Assembly: GCF_963921235.1 (NCBI RefSeq)
Contig: NC_086097.1
Span: forward strand, 47,990,001 to 48,054,000
Length of the DNA: 64,000 bases
Source: Mobula hypostoma
Lineage: Eukaryota
Direction of reading: 5' to 3'
Position 1 is the first letter of the stretch. Every line of letters begins with the position of its first letter. The notes under the pieces were generated by a model. The model did not search any database. It saw nothing but the letters and a program-made list of their open reading frames with translations, and was not told the origin of the DNA. The translations under genes were made by a program, and so were the position numbers. Positions 53,130 to 64,000 of the stretch are shown here, in pieces.

Positions 53130-54310
53130 GTCGACTGCTATCTTTTATAAACTTACCTATATCCATGGTTATTTTGATTATCTCTTCCCACCCTGCCTCC
53201 TGGAAAAATGCTATTCCTTTTTCTCATTTCCTTCATCTCTGCCGCATCTGTTCCCAGCGGAGGCTTTCCTTTCCGAAGATGTCCTCCTTTTTCAAAGAGC
53301 GGGGTTTCCCTTCCTCCACCATTGACGCTGTCCTCACCCACATCTCCTCTATTTCCCAAACATCTGTGCTCACCCCATATTTCCATCGCCTTATCAGTGA
53401 TAGAGTTCCTCTTATTCTTGCCCACCACACTATGAGCCTCCACATTCAACACATCGTTCTCCACAACTTCCAACATCTCTAAAGGGATCCTACCACCAAA
53501 CATGTCTTTATCTTCCCCCCCAACCCAACTCCACTTTCTGCAGGGATTGCTCCCTCCGTGATTCCCTTGTCCATTCATCCCTTCTGAATAATCTCCCTCC
53601 CAACCCTCAGCACTGCAAGTGGCTAAAGTGCTACACCTGCCTGTTCACCTCCTTCCTCACCTCCTTACAGGGCTCCAAACAGTCCTCCCAGGTGAGGCAA
53701 CACTTCACTGGGGCCACCTATTGTGTGGTCGACGCAGCCTCTTCTACGTTGGTGAGACCCATGGTAAACTGGGGGACTGCTCTCTGCTCCATCCACCAAA
53801 AGCCTGTGGCCAAACATTTTAATTCCAATTCCCATTCCTATTCCGACATGTTGGTTCATGGCCTCCTCTTGTGCCACAATGAGGCCGCCCTCAGGGTGGT
53901 GGAGCAACACCTTGTATTCTGTCTGGTTAGCCTCTGATCTGATAAAATGGATATCGATCTCTCCTTCCAGTAAAAAAAATCCCTTCCTCTCTCCTCTTTT
54001 TTTATTCCTCACTGTGGCCTCTTATTTCTTTCACCTGCCTATCACCTCCCCCTGGACTACCTCCTTCTTCCCTTTCCCCTGTGGTCCACTCTCCTCTCCT
54101 ATCAGGTTCCTTCCTCGCCAGCCCTTTACCTTTCCTACCCACTGGGCTTCCCCTCCCCCACCTTTTTATTCTGTTGTCTTCCCTGTTTCTCTCCAGTCCT
54201 GTAGAAGGGTCTGGGCCCAAAAATTCAACTGTTTATTCATTTCCATAGTCCCTCTTCATCATCTTGCGTGTGTTGTTTTGGATTTCCGGTACCTGCAGAG
54301 TTTCCCTTGT
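53130..54310 (+). mobile_element. Penelope-like element: RT C-terminus, GIY-YIG endonuclease remnant and terminus
   Basis: SSHPASWKNAIPFSHFLHLCRICS, FFKERGFP, FYVGET, PVAKHFN...VVEQHLVFCL; pyrimidine tract and family terminus at about 54190-54305. Confidence 0.8.
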
Positions 54311-54464
54311 TAAATGATATTACAGGCCACTTTTAAGTTGAATTTCATCCATTTCTTCAAAACACTGCAACACTGTCTATGTGAATAAAATATGTATTTA
54401 AATGTGCTCAAGAGGCATTCAAATACTTAAAAAAATTATATTTTCCCAAGTGCCTAACATTTGT

Positions 54465-55250
54465 CATAGAGTCATGGAGCTATAAGTCACTACAGAACAG
54501 TAAATGACCCTTCAGTCCATCTAGTCCATGCTGGCCTGGTCTGCCCAGACCCACCTATATGCATCTAGACCATAGTCCTCTGAACCTCTCTTCTACATAT
54601 ACGTATCAATTTCTCTTAAATGTTATGACTGATCTTGCATCTACTGTTTCTGCTGGCAGTTCTCTCCATACTCGCACTGCTTTCTGAGTGAAAAGGTTTC
54701 CCCTGGATTCCCTTTAAATACTTCACCTTTTGCCCTAAACTTATGACTTCTGGTTCTAGTCTCACCCAACCTGAGGGGGAAAAGCCTGCAATCACCCACC
54801 CTATCTATACCCCTCATCATTTTGTATACCTCTGTAAGATCTCTCCTCATTTTCCTGTGCTCCAGTGAATAAAATCCTAACCTATTCAAACTTTCCCTAT
54901 AACTCAAGCCCTCAAATCAAGGCAACATTCTTGTAAATTTTCTCTGCGTGCTTCCAAGCTTATTGATATCCTTCCTCTAGGTAGGTGACCAGAACAGCAC
55001 ACAATACTCCAAATTCGGCCTCACCAACATCTTATAGACCTCAACATACATAACATCTCAACTCCTGTACTTAATGCTCTGATTTATGAAGGCCAATGTG
55101 CCAACAGTTCCCCAGTGATGCCACTTTCAAGGAATTATGGATCTGTATTCCCTGCTCTCTGTTATACCGCACACCTGAGTACCTTACCATTCACTGTATA
55201 AGCCTTACCCTGGTTTCTCCTCCCAAACTGCAATCCCTCACGCTTTTCTG
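54465..55250 (-). mobile_element. CR1 3' fragment
   Basis: MSYRESLNRLGFYSLEHRKMRRDLTEVYKMMRGIDRV on the minus strand. Confidence 0.8.
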
Positions 55251-55296
55251 CATTGTCTGAAACACATATTGTAACTGGAACAAAAACAGACATTCC

Positions 55297-55695
55297 TTCT
55301 CCGAGGATCATCATCTTGTCGTGGTGGAGAGGTTTGTGAGTTTCTGAGATCTCTGAGAGCAATGCCGGCTGGACGTTAGTTCCTGGAAGGGTCACCCATG
55401 GAGATAAGGTCAGAGGGGAGGTTCCATGCAAAGAACAATCAAACCAAGACCTCAACCGCTGGTAGATGATGATACATCACAATAGTAGTGAAAGCCGATG
55501 AGGAAAGCTGCAGCAGTGAAGGGTCCACAGTCATCTTACATGCCATGCCGCGGGGCCCAGATCCCGATCGAGGACCATGCAGCGACTACCTGTGTATCAG
55601 TCTCTCCATGTTAAACAAAGTCACGCATAGGGTTCTCCATTAAGGTAATAACCCCTTGGGAGAACATCATACTCAGCTTGAGTGACAGCACTACT
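55297..55695 (+). mobile_element. RTE-clade (Rex3/Expander/BovB-like) 5' UTR fragment or RTE-derived SINE
   Basis: catcttgtcgtggtggagaggtttgtgag...gggtcacccatgg...aggtcagaggggaggttcca resembles RTE 5' ends (by eye). Confidence 0.5.
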
Positions 55696-56869
55696 ACTAA
55701 AGATCACTGCCTGAAAATGAGGAAATAACAGTGTTTGTTTCTACTCATCTTCTCAGTTGAACATTGATCCTGGGAGAGTTTACTGTATCAAGGAATTTTT
55801 CCTGCAAGTGACGGCTTCAGAATATGTAATTTTATTGTTGTAAAACATTCACATAAAGTTGTATGTTGACTTCATAACATTCTTGTCAATGTGTTTCTAT
55901 CTGTAGAAGGACTAAATGAAATTTAAAATGTTTATAGTTTCTTGAGAATCATTAAAATGCTAATCAAAATATGTAAACTGAAGAATCTGAAATGAAGCCA
56001 AATTATTGTGGCTACGTTCCATCAATAGGATGAATTTTCACTGTTAAATTATGTGAACCTAAGAAATAGTGTTTAGTGAACTTCACACAAGAATAGCTGC
56101 TCTTTGCCTCATTGTGTTAGAAGTGTACATATTGGGAGAATCCAGGCACATTCCAAATTTTATGAAGAACTCCATTTGAATATTATGCATGTAAGTATCA
56201 TACACTATATTTTCATACAAATATGCTAGAGAGAAGTCCACGGATACTGGCCTACACCTCATAAAGGCAATCTAATTTATTGGTTGATAGCTTTAAAACA
56301 GAGAGCAACTAAATGGGGCAATAGACTATCTGTGAAAGGAATTCAGCAGGTCGAGCAGCATCTGTAGGAGGAAAGGAATCATCAACTTTCCAGGTCAAAA
56401 CCATGCATCATGTGCACCTCCTCCAACCTTGTCAACTGCGTTCAATACTCCTGACGTGGACTCCTCAGCACTGTTAAACCAAGTGCAGTCTGGGTGAGCA
56501 ATGTGTGGAGCACCTGTGCTTCTGAGCTCCTTGTAGCTTGCTCTTACAATTCCCCTCCCCATTCCCACTCCGAGCCGTCTGTCATCAGCCTTCTCCACTG
56601 CCAAGGTGAGGCCCAAAGCAAACTAGAGGAACAACACCTCATCTCCATCAAGGCAAAGTGTAAATCAATAGTATGAATTTTCCAGGTTCGCATAACCCTA
56701 TCTCCTAATTTCAAAGCCCTCCCCTGCTTCTCTCCCTCTCTTTCTGCAGCCCCTCATCACCTATTTTCATCCTCTCCCCTGGTCCCAATCCACTTAATTC
56801 CTGCATACTTTACCTATTGGACTCCTTCCCCCTTTCCCATATGCTTTCATCTGCATACTCCTCCCAAAT

Positions 56870-57700
56870 TCAACCCAGGTAAGTATGAAGTGGTTCATTT
56901 TGGCATCAACCCAGATAAGTGCGAAGTGGTTCATTTTGGTAGGTCAAATATGATAGCAGAATATAGTATTAATGGTAAGACTCTTGGCAGTGTGGAGGCT
57001 CAGAGGGATCTTGGGATCCGAGTCCATAGGACGCTCAAAGCAGCTGCGTAGGTTGATTCTGTGGTTAAGAAGGCATACGGTGTATTGGCCTTCATCAATC
57101 ATGGAATTGAATTTAGGAGCCGAGAGGTAATGTTACAGCTATATAGGACCCTGGTCAGACCCCACTTGGAGTACTGTGTTCAGTTCTGGTCGCCTCACTA
57201 CAGGAAGGATGTGGAAACCATAGAAAGGGTGCAGCGAAAATTTACAAGGATGTTGCCTGGATTGGGGAGCATTCCTTATGAGAATAGGTTGAGTGAACTC
57301 GGCCTTTTCTCCTTGGAGCGATGGAGGATGAGGGGTAACTTGATAGAGGTGTATAAGATGGTGAGAGACATTGATCGTCTGGAGAGTCAGAGGCTTTTTC
57401 CCAGGGCTACCACAAGAGGATACTGGTTTAAGGTGCTGGGGAGTAGGTACAGAGGAAATGTCAGGGGTAAGTTTTTTACTCAGAGAGTGGTGAGTGCGTG
57501 GAATGGGTTGCCGGCAACGGTGGTGGAGGCGGAAACCATGGGTCTTTTAAGAGACTTTTGGATAGGTACATGGAGCTTAGAAAAATAGAGGGCTATGGGT
57601 AAGCCTAGTAATTTCTAAGGTAGGGCCATGTTTGGCACAACTCTGTAGGCCGAAGGGCCTTTATTGTGCTGTAGGTTTTCTATGTTTCTATGTTCTATGT
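56870..57700 (+). mobile_element. 5'-truncated CR1 3' end with a ~36-bp tandem duplication at the 5' junction
   Basis: 175-aa ORF 57061-57588 ([15 protein letters not shown]); (TTTCTATG)n tail; tcaacccag.taagt..gaagtggttcattttgg occurs twice at 56870-56940. Confidence 0.88.
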
Positions 57701-58419
57701 AAATTCTATTATTATTTTCCTTACTTATCAGGTCCCAGCACTGGTAGTATTTGTGTTCCTGCTTTTCACCCGTCCAGCAGCCTCCACCTTCACCCTCCTC
57801 TCTCCTCCTCCCACTGGCTCCACCTGCCTCCCAACTCCATCCCTCCTCATCCCTCCCAGGTTCCATCTGTTTTATTCTTCACACCTTTCCTTGGTTCACT
57901 AATCACCTAAAGGGTCCCCCCCCCCGTTCCCTCTCACCCCGCTCCTCTTTATACCAGCTACCTTCCCTCTCCATGCAATGTCCTGATATAGGATTGCGAT
58001 CTGAAACATCAACAATTCCTTTCCCTTGCAAATACTGCTCAACCCACTGAACTTCTCTGGCAGATTGGTTTTGCTTCGCAGCACATGGAGGCACAAAAGA
58101 TTCTGTACTAGCCGTAAACTTAGAGCAACATGCTCAAGATGCTGGAGGAACCCAGCAAGCCGGGCAGCATCCATGGAGGGAAATAAATAGTCGGGATTTT
58201 GGGGTGAGACACTTTATCAGGATGATTTCCCTCTGTCGATGCTGGGTTGCTGGGTTTCTCCAGCGTTTTCTGCATGTCGCTCAAGGCTCATGAGAACTGT
58301 TAAACAAGGAGTAAGAAAAACTGGCTAAACAACAAATTCTCAGGATGATTGGCCTCATATTCCAGAGGTTGACGCTCGGGCTCCAACTAGTCATAATCTG
58401 TGTTCATTTCACTGAGCAA

Positions 58420-59130
58420 GCAAATGTACAACATTTCAAAGTTTGTTGGTGACACAAGACAAGTGATGAGTGTTGGAGATGTCAAGAAAGTTTCACATGG
58501 TTATATACAAGTTGAGCGGGGTACAAAGGCAGATGGAATACATTGTGGAAGAATGTGAGGTTATCCACTCTGGTACAAAAGAACAGAAGCATTGAGTATT
58601 TTTAAATGGAGAGTAATTGGGAAATGCTGATCTTCTAGAGGACATAGGTTTCTTTGTGCATAAGTCACTGTAGGCTTATATTCAACGAGAAACCTAAATT
58701 ATGCGACAGCCTTCGGCGCACACAGTTTCAGTATCAGAGTAAGGATTACATGACTTTGGGAGTATTGTGTTCAATGAGAGTATTGTGTTCAAAGTTGGTC
58801 TGTTTATCTAAAAAAGGCATTCACTTCTTATTGAGGGAATGTAGACTGAATCCTGAGAGACTGAATTCTGTTCCTATATCTTATGGTCTTACCATCTTAT
58901 GGTAAATCTGTCAAATGAGGAAAGACGGAATAGATCAGGCCTCTGTTCTCTAGTGTGGAAGACTGAAAGACTACCTTCCTGAACACACACAAAATTCATA
59001 AAGGACACAACAGCTAGATACAGAGCTGGTGTTTCTGCTTGCTGAAGAGCCCAAAACTGAATGGTCACTGTCTTACAATATGCAGCGGGCCACTTAGAAC
59101 TCAAATGAAAATAAATTTATTTCAAACAGA
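58420..59130 (+). mobile_element. Very degraded CR1 RT/3' fragment
   Basis: SKFVGDT, QMEY....CEVIHSG and EYC remnants. Confidence 0.5.
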
Positions 59131-59149
59131 AGCAGTTATACAGAAACCT

Positions 59150-60650
59150 AGAGCAACATAAAATGCTGGAGGAACTCAGCAGTTTAGGCAGCACTATGGA
59201 GGGGAGTAAGCAGTTGATGTTTCAGTCGAGACCCTTCATTGGGACTGGAAAGGAAGGGCTAAGAAGGTGGGGGGGGGGTGAAGGAGTACAAGCTGGCAGG
59301 TGATAGGTGAGACCAGGTGAGCAGGAAGGTAAACACGAGAAAATCTGCAGATGTTGGAAATTCAAGGAACACACACAAAATGCTGGTGGAACACAGCAGG
59401 CCAGGCAGCATCTATAGGAAGAGGTACAGTTGACGTTTTGAGTCGAGACCTTTAGTCAGGACTAACTGAAAGAAGAGATTGTAAGACATTTGAAAGTGGG
59501 AGGGGGAGGGGGAGATCCGAAATGATAGGAGAAGACAGGAGGGGGACGGATGGAGCTAAGAGCTGGAAAGTTGATTGGCAAAAGGGATACAGAGTTGGAG
59601 AAGGGGAAGGATCATGGGACGAGAGGCCTAGGGAGAAAGAAAGGGGGAGGGGAGCCCAGAGGAAGATGGAGAGCAGGCAAGGAGTGATGTTGAGAGGGAC
59701 AGAGAAAGAAAAAAGGGGGGGGAATAAAAATAAATAAGGGATGGGGTACGAAGAGGAGGTGTTAGAAAGTTAGAGAAATTAATGTTCATGCCATCAGGTT
59801 GGAGGTTATCCAAACAGGATATAAGGTGTTGTTCCTCCAACCTGAGTGTGGCTTCAACTTGATAGTAGAGGAGTCCATGGATAGACATATCAGAATGGGA
59901 ATGGGACATGGAATTAAAATGTATGGCCACTGGGAGATCCCAAGATATAGGGTGGGAAGAGGAGTACCTAGTCCAGGTAGCTGTGAGAGTCTGTAGGCTT
60001 ATAGTAGACATCAGTAGATAAGCTGTCTCCAGAGACAGAGACAGAAAGATCAAGAAAGGGGAGGGAGGTGTTGGAAATGGACCAAGTAAACTTGAGGGCA
60101 GGGTGAAAGTTGGAGGCAAAGATAATGAAGTTAACGAAGTTAACGAGCTCAGCATGCGTGCAGGAAGCAGTGCCAAAACAGTGGTCAATGTCGCGAAGGA
60201 GAAGTGGGGGACAGAGCAGAAAGGTAGCTGGGCGGGGTGGGGGTGGGGGGGATGAAGTCAATGACTGGCAAGAAGGAATCTGATGGGACAGGAGATTGGA
60301 CCATAGGAAAAAGGGAAGGGGGAAACCAGGGGGAGGTGATAGGCAATTGAGAAAAAGACAAGGGGCAGGAGGGGAGAGGGAATGGGGAATTAAAAAAGAA
60401 AAAAGGGGAGGGGTGGAGAGAAATCACGGGAAATTATAGAAATCGATATTCTTGCCATCAAGTTGGAGGCTTCTCCGGCGGAATATGAGGTGTTGTCCTC
60501 CAACCTGGGAGTTCCCTCATCATGACAGTAGAGGAGGCCTTGGCCAACATGTCGCAATGGGAATGGGAAGTAGAATTAAAATTGGCAGTCGCCGGGAAAT
60601 TCCGCCTTTTGCGGCGAATGGAACAAAGGTGCTCGACGAAGTGCTCCCCA
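59150..60650 (-). mobile_element. Nested or tandem Penelope-like elements (RT motif, GIY-YIG remnants, two termini)
   Basis: FASNFHPALKFTWSIS..LPFLDLSV...TDVYYKPTDSHSYLD (PLE RT); PVAIHFN...LRLEEQHLI; termini at about 59150-59250 and 59331-59470. Confidence 0.8.
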
Positions 60651-61226
60651 ATTTGTTTGCGTGGTATTGAATCTTTGAAATTCGCTACTCCGAAGCACTT
60701 AAATCACATTGTTATGAATATTAGAGGTTTTCAGTCTTTCAGTATCAAGCGCCCAGTTAAACTTGTCGCTCCCTCTACTAATGCAACAACTAGGTTTTGC
60801 TGTGGAGCGTGGGTTGCGAGAGCTGGGAGAAAGATCCAGGCTCCCAACTTCCTGGCCCCAAGCTGCCAGTACAGCGGCTCCCACGGGCGTCCCTTAAGTC
60901 TATCCCCCAGCTCGCGAGTCCATGCATAAAGAATAGGGGTTTGAGAACGCCCTATTCGACACCGGTGTACGTCCCATGCCTTCTGCTCTACACCCTGACC
61001 CCACTTGTATAGGTGGGTGGGGTGTTCATTAGTCAGACCTAGCAGACTCTGAGCTCAGCGAACCGGATCAGCAGTTGGATGCCGTGCGGCCGGGCGCTGG
61101 TGACAGGTTTTGGCTTCCCCACACCCTTCCCCAGGAGAGAATCTGCAAGAGGTGATGCAACCTAGAAGAACTGGTAAGTCAGGAGAGGACTTCATTCCAG
61201 CGAGCTCTGCCGCTCCCGGTGAGCGC

Positions 61227-61233
61227 TATAAAA
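61227..61233 (+). promoter_or_regulatory. TATA box (TATAAAA), candidate pri-miR-203 core promoter
   Basis: Consensus TATAAAA in a GC-rich context, about 400 bp upstream of the hairpin on the same strand; KLF-type CCACACCC at 61119-61126. Confidence 0.55.
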
Positions 61234-61627
61234 CGGAGCTGCGAGCTGCCGGTTTTGCAGAGGAGCCGGGGCCACGGGGAAGTGCAGGCACTGCCCTGCT
61301 CTGGGAAATGGGAACTGGTGAAAAAAAGGTTAGTGGGTGCTCGAGTTGCAATAAACTTGGTCCGCCGAGACTTTTGCAGCTGCCGGCGACTGCTCACAGC
61401 AACTGGAAGCCAGGGATGGAGCAGCTGAGGGCAGGTTGAGTTGCTAGATTTATTTAAGGTGAATAACCATCTTTCCCTGAACTTGTGTTAAAGTTATTTT
61501 CCTTCTCTCCCTCTACCAGCGGTCCACTTTCTACCTCCCGGCCGGACCGAGAATGAAGAAGCGACTCGCTCTCCACGGAAGGAATAGGGTCGGGGAGGAA
61601 TGTCCTGGTGTTGTCGATCGGCAAAAA

Positions 61628-61711
61628 GTCCTCCGGATGCAGTGGTTCTAAGCAGTTCAACAGTTTTCTACCGACATTGTGAAATGTTTAGGACCACTTG
61701 ATCCGGAGGAC
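61628..61711 (+). ncRNA. MIR203: microRNA miR-203 precursor hairpin (mature 3p 61679-61700; 5p arm from 61641)
   Basis: GTGAAATGTTTAGGACCACTTG matches the mature miR-203 of fish as I recall it. The 5p arm AGTGGTTCTAAGCAGTTCAACAG pairs with it. Perfect 11-bp basal stem GTCCTCCGGAT/ATCCGGAGGAC; CNNC (CCTC) at +17; downstream of ASPG as in mammals. Confidence 0.97.
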
Positions 61712-62958
61712 ACTGTCCTCCGACTGTGGACCTCTGCAGAGGGATGGAAGCTGCACCGGCGTGGCTGTGGATTCGGAATTTCTGTCTGCGTTGCTGGATT
61801 TGCATAAATGTAAGCCTGGTTATAGTTTGTTTACAAGAAGCAGGCGAGCCAGTGGCAGCCACAAACACATACATCATTGTCTGTCTGCTTTGTAAACGTA
61901 CTTCCGTGCCCCCGACGCCCAGTTGGTGCACTGAAGAGGAGCCACTTGGTTAATAGAGTGTTTTGTAAATCATGTAAATCCCTTACAGGGGAAGCGGCCG
62001 CTCAGTCCCCGTGATTGCTGGCTTTTTCAAAGCGCATTCGTGTTCGGCGCCACACGCCGCTCGTTGTCCCAAAACCCTGTCTGTTCCTCATCCGTGCAAC
62101 TGTCCAATTTCTTCTAAAATGGTTGTTGGCAACGGCATCCACTCCGGTAACCGGGCATCATCTGGAATAAGCCGGTGTAGCAAATTATCGGGTCGATTGG
62201 ATGTTATAATATCTAAACAAACTTTTATTTCCCCCTTTTACACGTCCCATAGTAGTATGCAAATACTGTATCCAGTGAACCCGGCGAGTTTTAAAGCAGC
62301 GGGAAATCTACAAGTTATCCCGCTCCGGCCACCTATCGGCCCGTGTTTCCGACCCCTGGTTCTCCTGCCTCCATCCAGCTCCGGCTACACACCTGGTCGA
62401 CAGTCCGTATCCCGTCCCCAGCTGTGTATCCCGCCTGCTGTCTGGACGCACTCCTGAACTGACGAGGGAGTCCAATGCCGAACCGTCCGCATTTTGGAAC
62501 AGTCGAACGCCAGATTATCTGTACCATTTCGGACCTCCTCCTTGGGTAGAGTGTGCATGCCAATCCTTGAGCGGCGAACATTCCCTCCAACTCCTCTCTG
62601 AATATGTTAACAATAGTTTCAAGTCTCTGAATTCCGAGACACTTGTCAGAGAAAATAGTTTTTGTTTGCTTTTCCAAGCCTTATTTTGTCACCCTGGAAA
62701 CTTCCATCACATAAGCACTGTTAATCGTATTCCAGGATTCCGTCATTCCTGGCAGCTTGCTGGTAAACGATCCCTGCACCTCTTCTAAGGCCTTTTTTTT
62801 TAACTTTCCCAAATCACCATGCGGAAGCAATGCTCCATCTGGGCCGATTCATAAATTTCCATCTTCCCCTTGTGTTTAAAAGCATCATAAGAAGATACTA
62901 ATTGTGTTGGCATGTTGGTCTGATTACTGAAGTAGCGAGTAGCTGGCATTTAAACAAA

Positions 62959-64000
62959 TAGAAACATAGAAACATAGAAAATAGGTGCAGGAGTAGGCCA
63001 TTCGGCCCTTCGAGCCTGCACCGCCATTTATTATGATCATGGCTGATCATCCAACTCAGAACCCAGCCTTCCCTCCATACCCCCTGACCCCTGTAGCCAC
63101 AAGGGCCATATCTAACTTCCTTTTAAACATAGCTAATGAACTGGCCTCAACAGTTTGCTGTGGCAGAGAATTCCACAGATTCACCACTCTCTGTGTGAAG
63201 AAGTTTTTCCTAACCTCGGTCCTAAAAGGCTTCCCCTCTATCCTCAAACTGTGACCCCTCGTTCTAGACCTCCCCAACATCGGGAACAATCTTCCTGCAT
63301 CTAGCCTGTCCAATCCCTTTAGGATCTTATACGTTTCAATCAGATCCCCCCTCAATCTTCTAAATTCCAACGAGTACAAGCCCAGTTCATCCAGTCTTTC
63401 TTCATATGAAAGACCTGCCATCCCAGGAATCAATCTGGTGAACCTTCTTTGTACTCCCTCTATGGCAAAGATGTCTTTCCTCAGATTAGGGGACCAAAAC
63501 TGCACACAATACTCCAGGTGTGGTCTCACCAAGGCCTTGTACAACTGCAGTAGTACCTCCCTGCTCCTGTACTCGAATCCTCTCGCTATAAATGCCAGCA
63601 TACCGTTCGCCTTTTTCACCGCCTGCTGTACCTGCATGCCCACTTTCAATGACTGGTGTATAATGACACCCAGGTCTCGTTGCACCTCCCCTTTTCCTAA
63701 TCGGCCACCATTCAGATAATAATCTGTTTTCCTATTTTTGCCACCAAAGTGGATAACTTCACATTTATCCACATTAAATTGCATCTGCCATGAGTTTGCC
63801 CACTCACCCAACCTATCCAAGTCACCCTGCATCCTCTTAGCATCCTCCTCACTGCTAACACTGCCACCCAGCTTCGTGTCATCCGCAAACTTGGAGATGC
63901 TGCATTTAATTCCCTCATCCAAGTCATTAATATATATTGTAAACAACTGGGGTCCCAGCACTGAGCCTTGCGGTACCCCACTAGTCACCGCCTGCCATTC
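62959..64000 (-). mobile_element. Young CR1 LINE 3' portion (uninterrupted 310-aa RT C-terminal ORF; continues beyond the window)
   Basis: [34 protein letters not shown] with no stops at 63056-63988; (TATGTTTC)n tail at 62959-62983. Confidence 0.93.

Larger units (their letters stand above)
60740..62720. promoter_or_regulatory. CpG-rich island around the miR-203 locus
   Basis: Visibly high CpG density and no recognisable TE similarity, in contrast to the CpG-depleted remainder of the window (not computed). Confidence 0.7.

Noticed and set aside
61628..61711. Separate antisense miRNA (miR-203b-like) on the minus strand
   Set aside because: Any such hairpin is partly foldable in antisense; no sequence evidence of minus-strand transcription.
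61110..62788. Several 65-148 aa ORFs in the CpG island as a protein-coding gene or KIF26A first exon
   Set aside because: No recognisable motifs or consistent frame; such ORFs are expected in GC-rich DNA, and the region is explained by miR-203.

Overview
AT-rich, transposon-dense vertebrate genomic DNA. The repeat repertoire (CR1, Penelope-like, Rex1/Babar, V-SINE, Deu-domain SINE) suggests a cartilaginous fish; this is inference. Host content has two parts. (1) Five in-frame coding exons from the 3' ankyrin-repeat half of ASPG (asparaginase / 60-kDa lysophospholipase) lie on the + strand at 931-18791; the terminal exon is unresolved. (2) A CpG-rich island at about 60740-62720 contains a miR-203 hairpin (61628-61711, +) with a TATA box, KLF-like motifs and candidate splice sites upstream. 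This reproduces the ASPG-then-MIR203 order known from human 14q32. The rest is mostly decayed or nested mobile elements: many CR1 LINEs, a near full-length Rex1/Babar LINE, a Gypsy LTR element with both LTRs and a 5-bp target-site duplication (TSD), a hAT Charlie/Buster transposon plus MITE, a Tc1 DD34E transposon, SINEs, and numerous Penelope-like fragments. The Penelope termini carry a minimal hammerhead-ribozyme-like motif, including one 108-bp perfect palindrome. No novel protein-coding system is evident; the most interesting signals are RNA-structural. Almost all ORF-track entries are TE fragments or noise. TE boundaries are approximate unless a TSD is stated.
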